Both the position numbers and the translations under genes were made by a program. A stretch of 64,000 nt of DNA from the human T2T-CHM13v2.0 reference genome, Homo sapiens. Position 1 is the stretch's first letter. Each line of letters opens with the position of its first letter. Shown in pieces: positions 59,907 to 64,000 of the stretch. Where the stretch lies: assembly GCF_009914755.1 (NCBI RefSeq), contig NC_060928.1. The stretch is one strand, 5' to 3'. The notes below the pieces were generated by a model. It made no database searches. It was given only the letters and a program-made list of their open reading frames with translations, and was not told where the DNA came from.

Positions 59907-62416
59907 TTTGGGTAACATGGACATTGTAACAATATTGACCTAATCCATGAACACAAGAATATCTTTCCATCTTATTTGTGCCCTCTCTAATTTTTGGTAT
60001 CAATGTTCTTTTAACAGTTTTCATAGCTGATATTTATAATCTCCTTGATTAAGTTAATTTCAAGGTATTTTACTTTTTTGTAGCTATTGTAAATTGGATT
60101 ATTTTCTTGATTTCCTTTTTAGGTAGTTTACTGTTGGAACATAGGAACTCATTACTGATTTTTGTATGTTGATTTTATAACCTGAAAATTTACTAAATTT
60201 ACTTATTATTTCTGACAGGTTTTTGGTAGAATCTTTAGGGATTTCTGCACATATGATAAAGTCATATGCAAACAGGGACAATTTTGTTTCCTCATTTTCA
60301 ATTTGGATATCATTTTTTTCTTTCTCTTACCTAATTATGCTGGCTAGGACTTCCAGTACTATGTTGAATGAAAATCATGAAAGTGGACATCCTTGTCTTG
60401 TTCCAGATCTTAGAGGACAAGCTTTTTCAAAATTTCCACATTTAGTGTGATGTTAGATGTGAGTTTTTCATATGTTGGTTTTATTGTGTTTAGGTATGTT
60501 CTTTCTATACCAAGTTTGCTGAAAGTTTTTATCATAAAGGGATGCTAAATTTTATCAAATCCTTTCTCAGCATTTGTTAAAATAATCATATGGTTTTGTC
60601 CTTGATTTTATTAATGTGAGGTATCACACTTATGGATTTATGTCTATTGAGCCATGCTAGCATTCTTGAGGTGAAATCCACTTGATCATGGTGATGAGTT
60701 CTTTAATGTGTGGTTTAAGTTGGTTTGCTAATATTTTCTTGAGGATATTTGCATCTCTGTTCATCAGGACATTAGCCTGCAGTTTTCTTTTTTTTGTTAT
60801 GTCCTTGACTGGTACTGGGGGAAACATTGATCTCATTGAATTAGTTTGGAAGTGTTCCGTCCTCTTCAATTTTTTGAAATAGTTCCAGTAGTGTCTCTAT
60901 TTGTTCTTTAAATCTTTGGTAAAATTCAGCAGTGAAGCCATCATGTCCTGAGATTTTCTTTGTTAGGAGACATTTTATTACTACTTTGATATCATTATTC
61001 ATTATTGATCTGTTTGAATTTTATGTTTCTTCATGATTCCATCTTGGTAAGTTGTATGTGTCAAACATTTATCAATTTCTTCTGTTTCCCAATTTATTGT
61101 GTGTAATTGTAGTAATCTGTTATGGTACTTTATATTTTTGTGGTATCAGTCACAATATCTCCTTTTCAATTTCTGACTTTATTTGAGTTTTCTTTTTTCA
61201 TAGTTGTCGTAGCTAAAGGTTTGTTGATTTTGAGGAAGAAAGGAAGAGAGGAGTTAATACAACAAACAGAAAACATGTAACAGAATGGCAATAGTAATTC
61301 TTTAACTACCAAAAATAACCTTGGACATAAATGAACTTTTCCACTTAAAAGACAGAGTTGCTGAATGGATACAAAGACAAGACTCTACTATGTGCTGCCT
61401 ACAAGAAACTTAACTTTGCCAATAAAGACACACATAAACTAAAAATGAAAAGATGGAAGGAAAGAAAGATGGAAAAAGATATTCCATGCAACATAAAACA
61501 AAGAAGATCAGGAGTAGCTCTACTTAGATAAGATAGACTGTAATTCAAAAATAATAAAAATAGAGAAAGAAGGTGATCACATAATGATAAAGGTGTGAAT
61601 ACACAGGCATAACAATTGTGAATATATATGCACCAATACCAGAGCACATCAATATATAACTAAATATTAACAGATCTAAAGGGAGAGATACTCTGCAGTA
61701 CAATAATGGTAGGAGACTTCAAAACACTGCTTTTAGCGATGGACAGATCATTTACACAGAAAATCAATAAAGAAACATAGGAGTCAAACTACTCTAGACC
61801 CAATGGACCTAATGGACATTTACAGAACATTCCACCCAACACCTGCAGAATACAAATTCTTCTCAACAGCACATAGAACATTCTCTAAGGTAAACCATAT
61901 ATTAAGCCACAAAACAAATCTTTTTTAAATTGAAATCTTATCAAGTATATTTTCCATTTATAATGGAATAATACTATAAATCAATAGCAGGAGGAACTTT
62001 GGAAACTGCACAAATACATGGGAATTAAACAAAATGTTCATGAGCAACCAATGGGTCAATGAAGTAATTTTTTATTAATTTTGTTTCTTTGGAAAAATGG
62101 AAATGAAAACACAACATACCCAAACCTATGGGATACAGCAACAGCAGTTCTAAGAATGAAGTTTATAGCAATAAACACCTATATAAAAAAGCTAAAAAGA
62201 TCAAATAAATTAATGTTAGACTTCAAGAAACTAGAAAAACAAGAACAACCCAGACCCCAAATAATTAGAAAAGAGGGACTATAAAGACCAGAAAGACCAG
62301 ACCATAAATAAACAAAATAGGGACTAACAAAATACAAAAGAGCAACAAAATAAGATGATTTTTTAATTTACTAACAAAATACAAAAGAGCAACAAAATAA
62401 GATGATTTTTTAATTT
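59907..62416. mobile_element. L1M/L1PB-type fragment with internal inversion and no 3' end
   Basis: 59907-61232 is antisense ORF2; 61233-62416 is sense spacer plus endonuclease region ('NENTTYPNLWDTATAVLR'). Confidence 0.88.
62323..62416. repeat. Perfect 47-bp tandem duplication
   Basis: 62323-62369 equals 62370-62416. Confidence 0.95.
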
Positions 62417-63282
62417 AAATGTCTGGCATCTTGATGATTTTGCTTTCTATCTTTCTCTGTCTCCATCTGCCACTCTCTGCCTTTTTGTCTTTGTCTTCCT
62501 CTCTTTTTGTCTCTCCACATGACAGCTCACCCTTTACGATCCTTTCCATGAACCTGAACTTTGAACTTTTTACAGCATAGTGGTGTTAGGGTAATTGCAC
62601 TTCATAAAATTGAACAGCTTTGATGTATCAGGTAGCAAAAGCTTCCAGGCTACTTAATGTCGACCCCTGAAACTGACACAGCATCAATTCTGTTGTATTT
62701 TATTGGTCAGTGCAGTCACAGGACCTACCAGGTTAAAAGTGTTGGAGAAATAGATTCTGTCTCTTAATGAGTGGGTGATAAGGTCACATTACAGAAAACT
62801 TGTTTCATAAGAGACAAAATTGTGACCTTCTTTTGAAAATGCAATTTTTCACAATTATTATACTTTAATATAGCTCAAATAATTCAGGTAAAGAATTATA
62901 ATAAACAACTTAATTTATTAATATAATTATTCTCAGAAAGTTAGAACTTTTTAAGCAAACTTTATGAAAATTGGCTGATATTCAATGTATTTTTTCTAAG
63001 TGTAATGTCAGCTGGGATATTAGTATAAAGTCAAATATTAGAATATAAATTAAACTACCTATAATATAGAATAGAAGAATCTATACATAGTAAATGTTAA
63101 AATATACAAAAATAGATGTATTAGTTATAAAAATAATCTCTTAAAAACAAAAAAGTATTAAATGATACTAACATTTCTGGTTTTTCCCAGTAACTAAAGA
63201 ACTATTTTTTCAATTGTATGATTTCATTGAATTTTTAAAAAGAATTGATGAGTTAATGTGAATAGTTAAAAAGCAGAATCCA

Positions 63283-63599
<317 letters not shown>

Positions 63600-64000
63600 T
63601 CACATCATTATTGAAATAATTCTGTGAATGACATTTTATAGTGTTATTTAAATAACAATTAATTAGATTTACCTAATTTAAAAGAATAGTTGACTGCTTT
63701 TATGGTTGAAAAATGCTCTTTTTATGCTAAATGTTTATTATTCTTCAAGATGTAGTCATAATAGTAGATATAGGATTTATTTTCCTGCATTTAGAGTTAA
63801 GTTTTCTATATTTAACCTCCTTTTTTTCAGTTCTGTAATACATGAATATTATTGCAGCATTATTGTTGTGTTTCACTTTGTCATTGATCTTGGTCATAAT
63901 ATATCATCATACTGTAGAGTTGCAGCAGTTGATTAATATTGCAGGGCTACTTAATTTCTTATGTGCCCAGTAAAACTCTTTTATGTTCAGGGTTTTATCA

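Larger units (their letters stand above)
59750..62852 (-). mobile_element. Old MLT1 LTR split by an L1 (pieces ~59750-59906 and ~62418-62852)
   Basis: Right piece has MLT1 hallmarks 'gaaactgacacagcatca...tattttattggtca...gcagtcacag...gaaatagattctgtctcttaatg'. Confidence 0.65.

Overview
Primate (AluY-bearing, so human/ape/Old World monkey) genomic DNA. It is AT-rich, has no CpG island and is dominated by fossil transposable elements: Alu, L1, L2, MIR, MaLR/ERVL/ERV1 LTRs and a MER2 DNA transposon. It looks like a large intron or gene desert. I can support no protein-coding exon or structural RNA gene; the ORF-track ORFs are Alu-, L1- or microsatellite-derived, or chance ORFs. Repeat families were recognised by eye, so subfamily labels and the boundaries of old repeats are approximate. 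Best signals: (1) a perfect 134-bp non-tandem duplication (16902-17035 copied to 18773-18906) with microhomology and an 8-bp flanking repeat; (2) a compact E-box/MEF2/MEF3(Six)/E-box cluster at 16236-16334 resembling a skeletal-muscle regulatory module, overlapped by a strong-Kozak 41-aa ORF; (3) a ~960-bp non-repeat retrocopy with poly(A) and a 15-bp target-site duplication (TSD) inside an old L1; (4) two internally inverted L1s; (5) a HERV-L 3' LTR carrying a 630-bp higher-order AT-rich VNTR at an L1 truncation; (6) an AluY-associated deletion, a mosaic Alu and a close inverted Alu pair. I see no evidence of a new multi-gene system.
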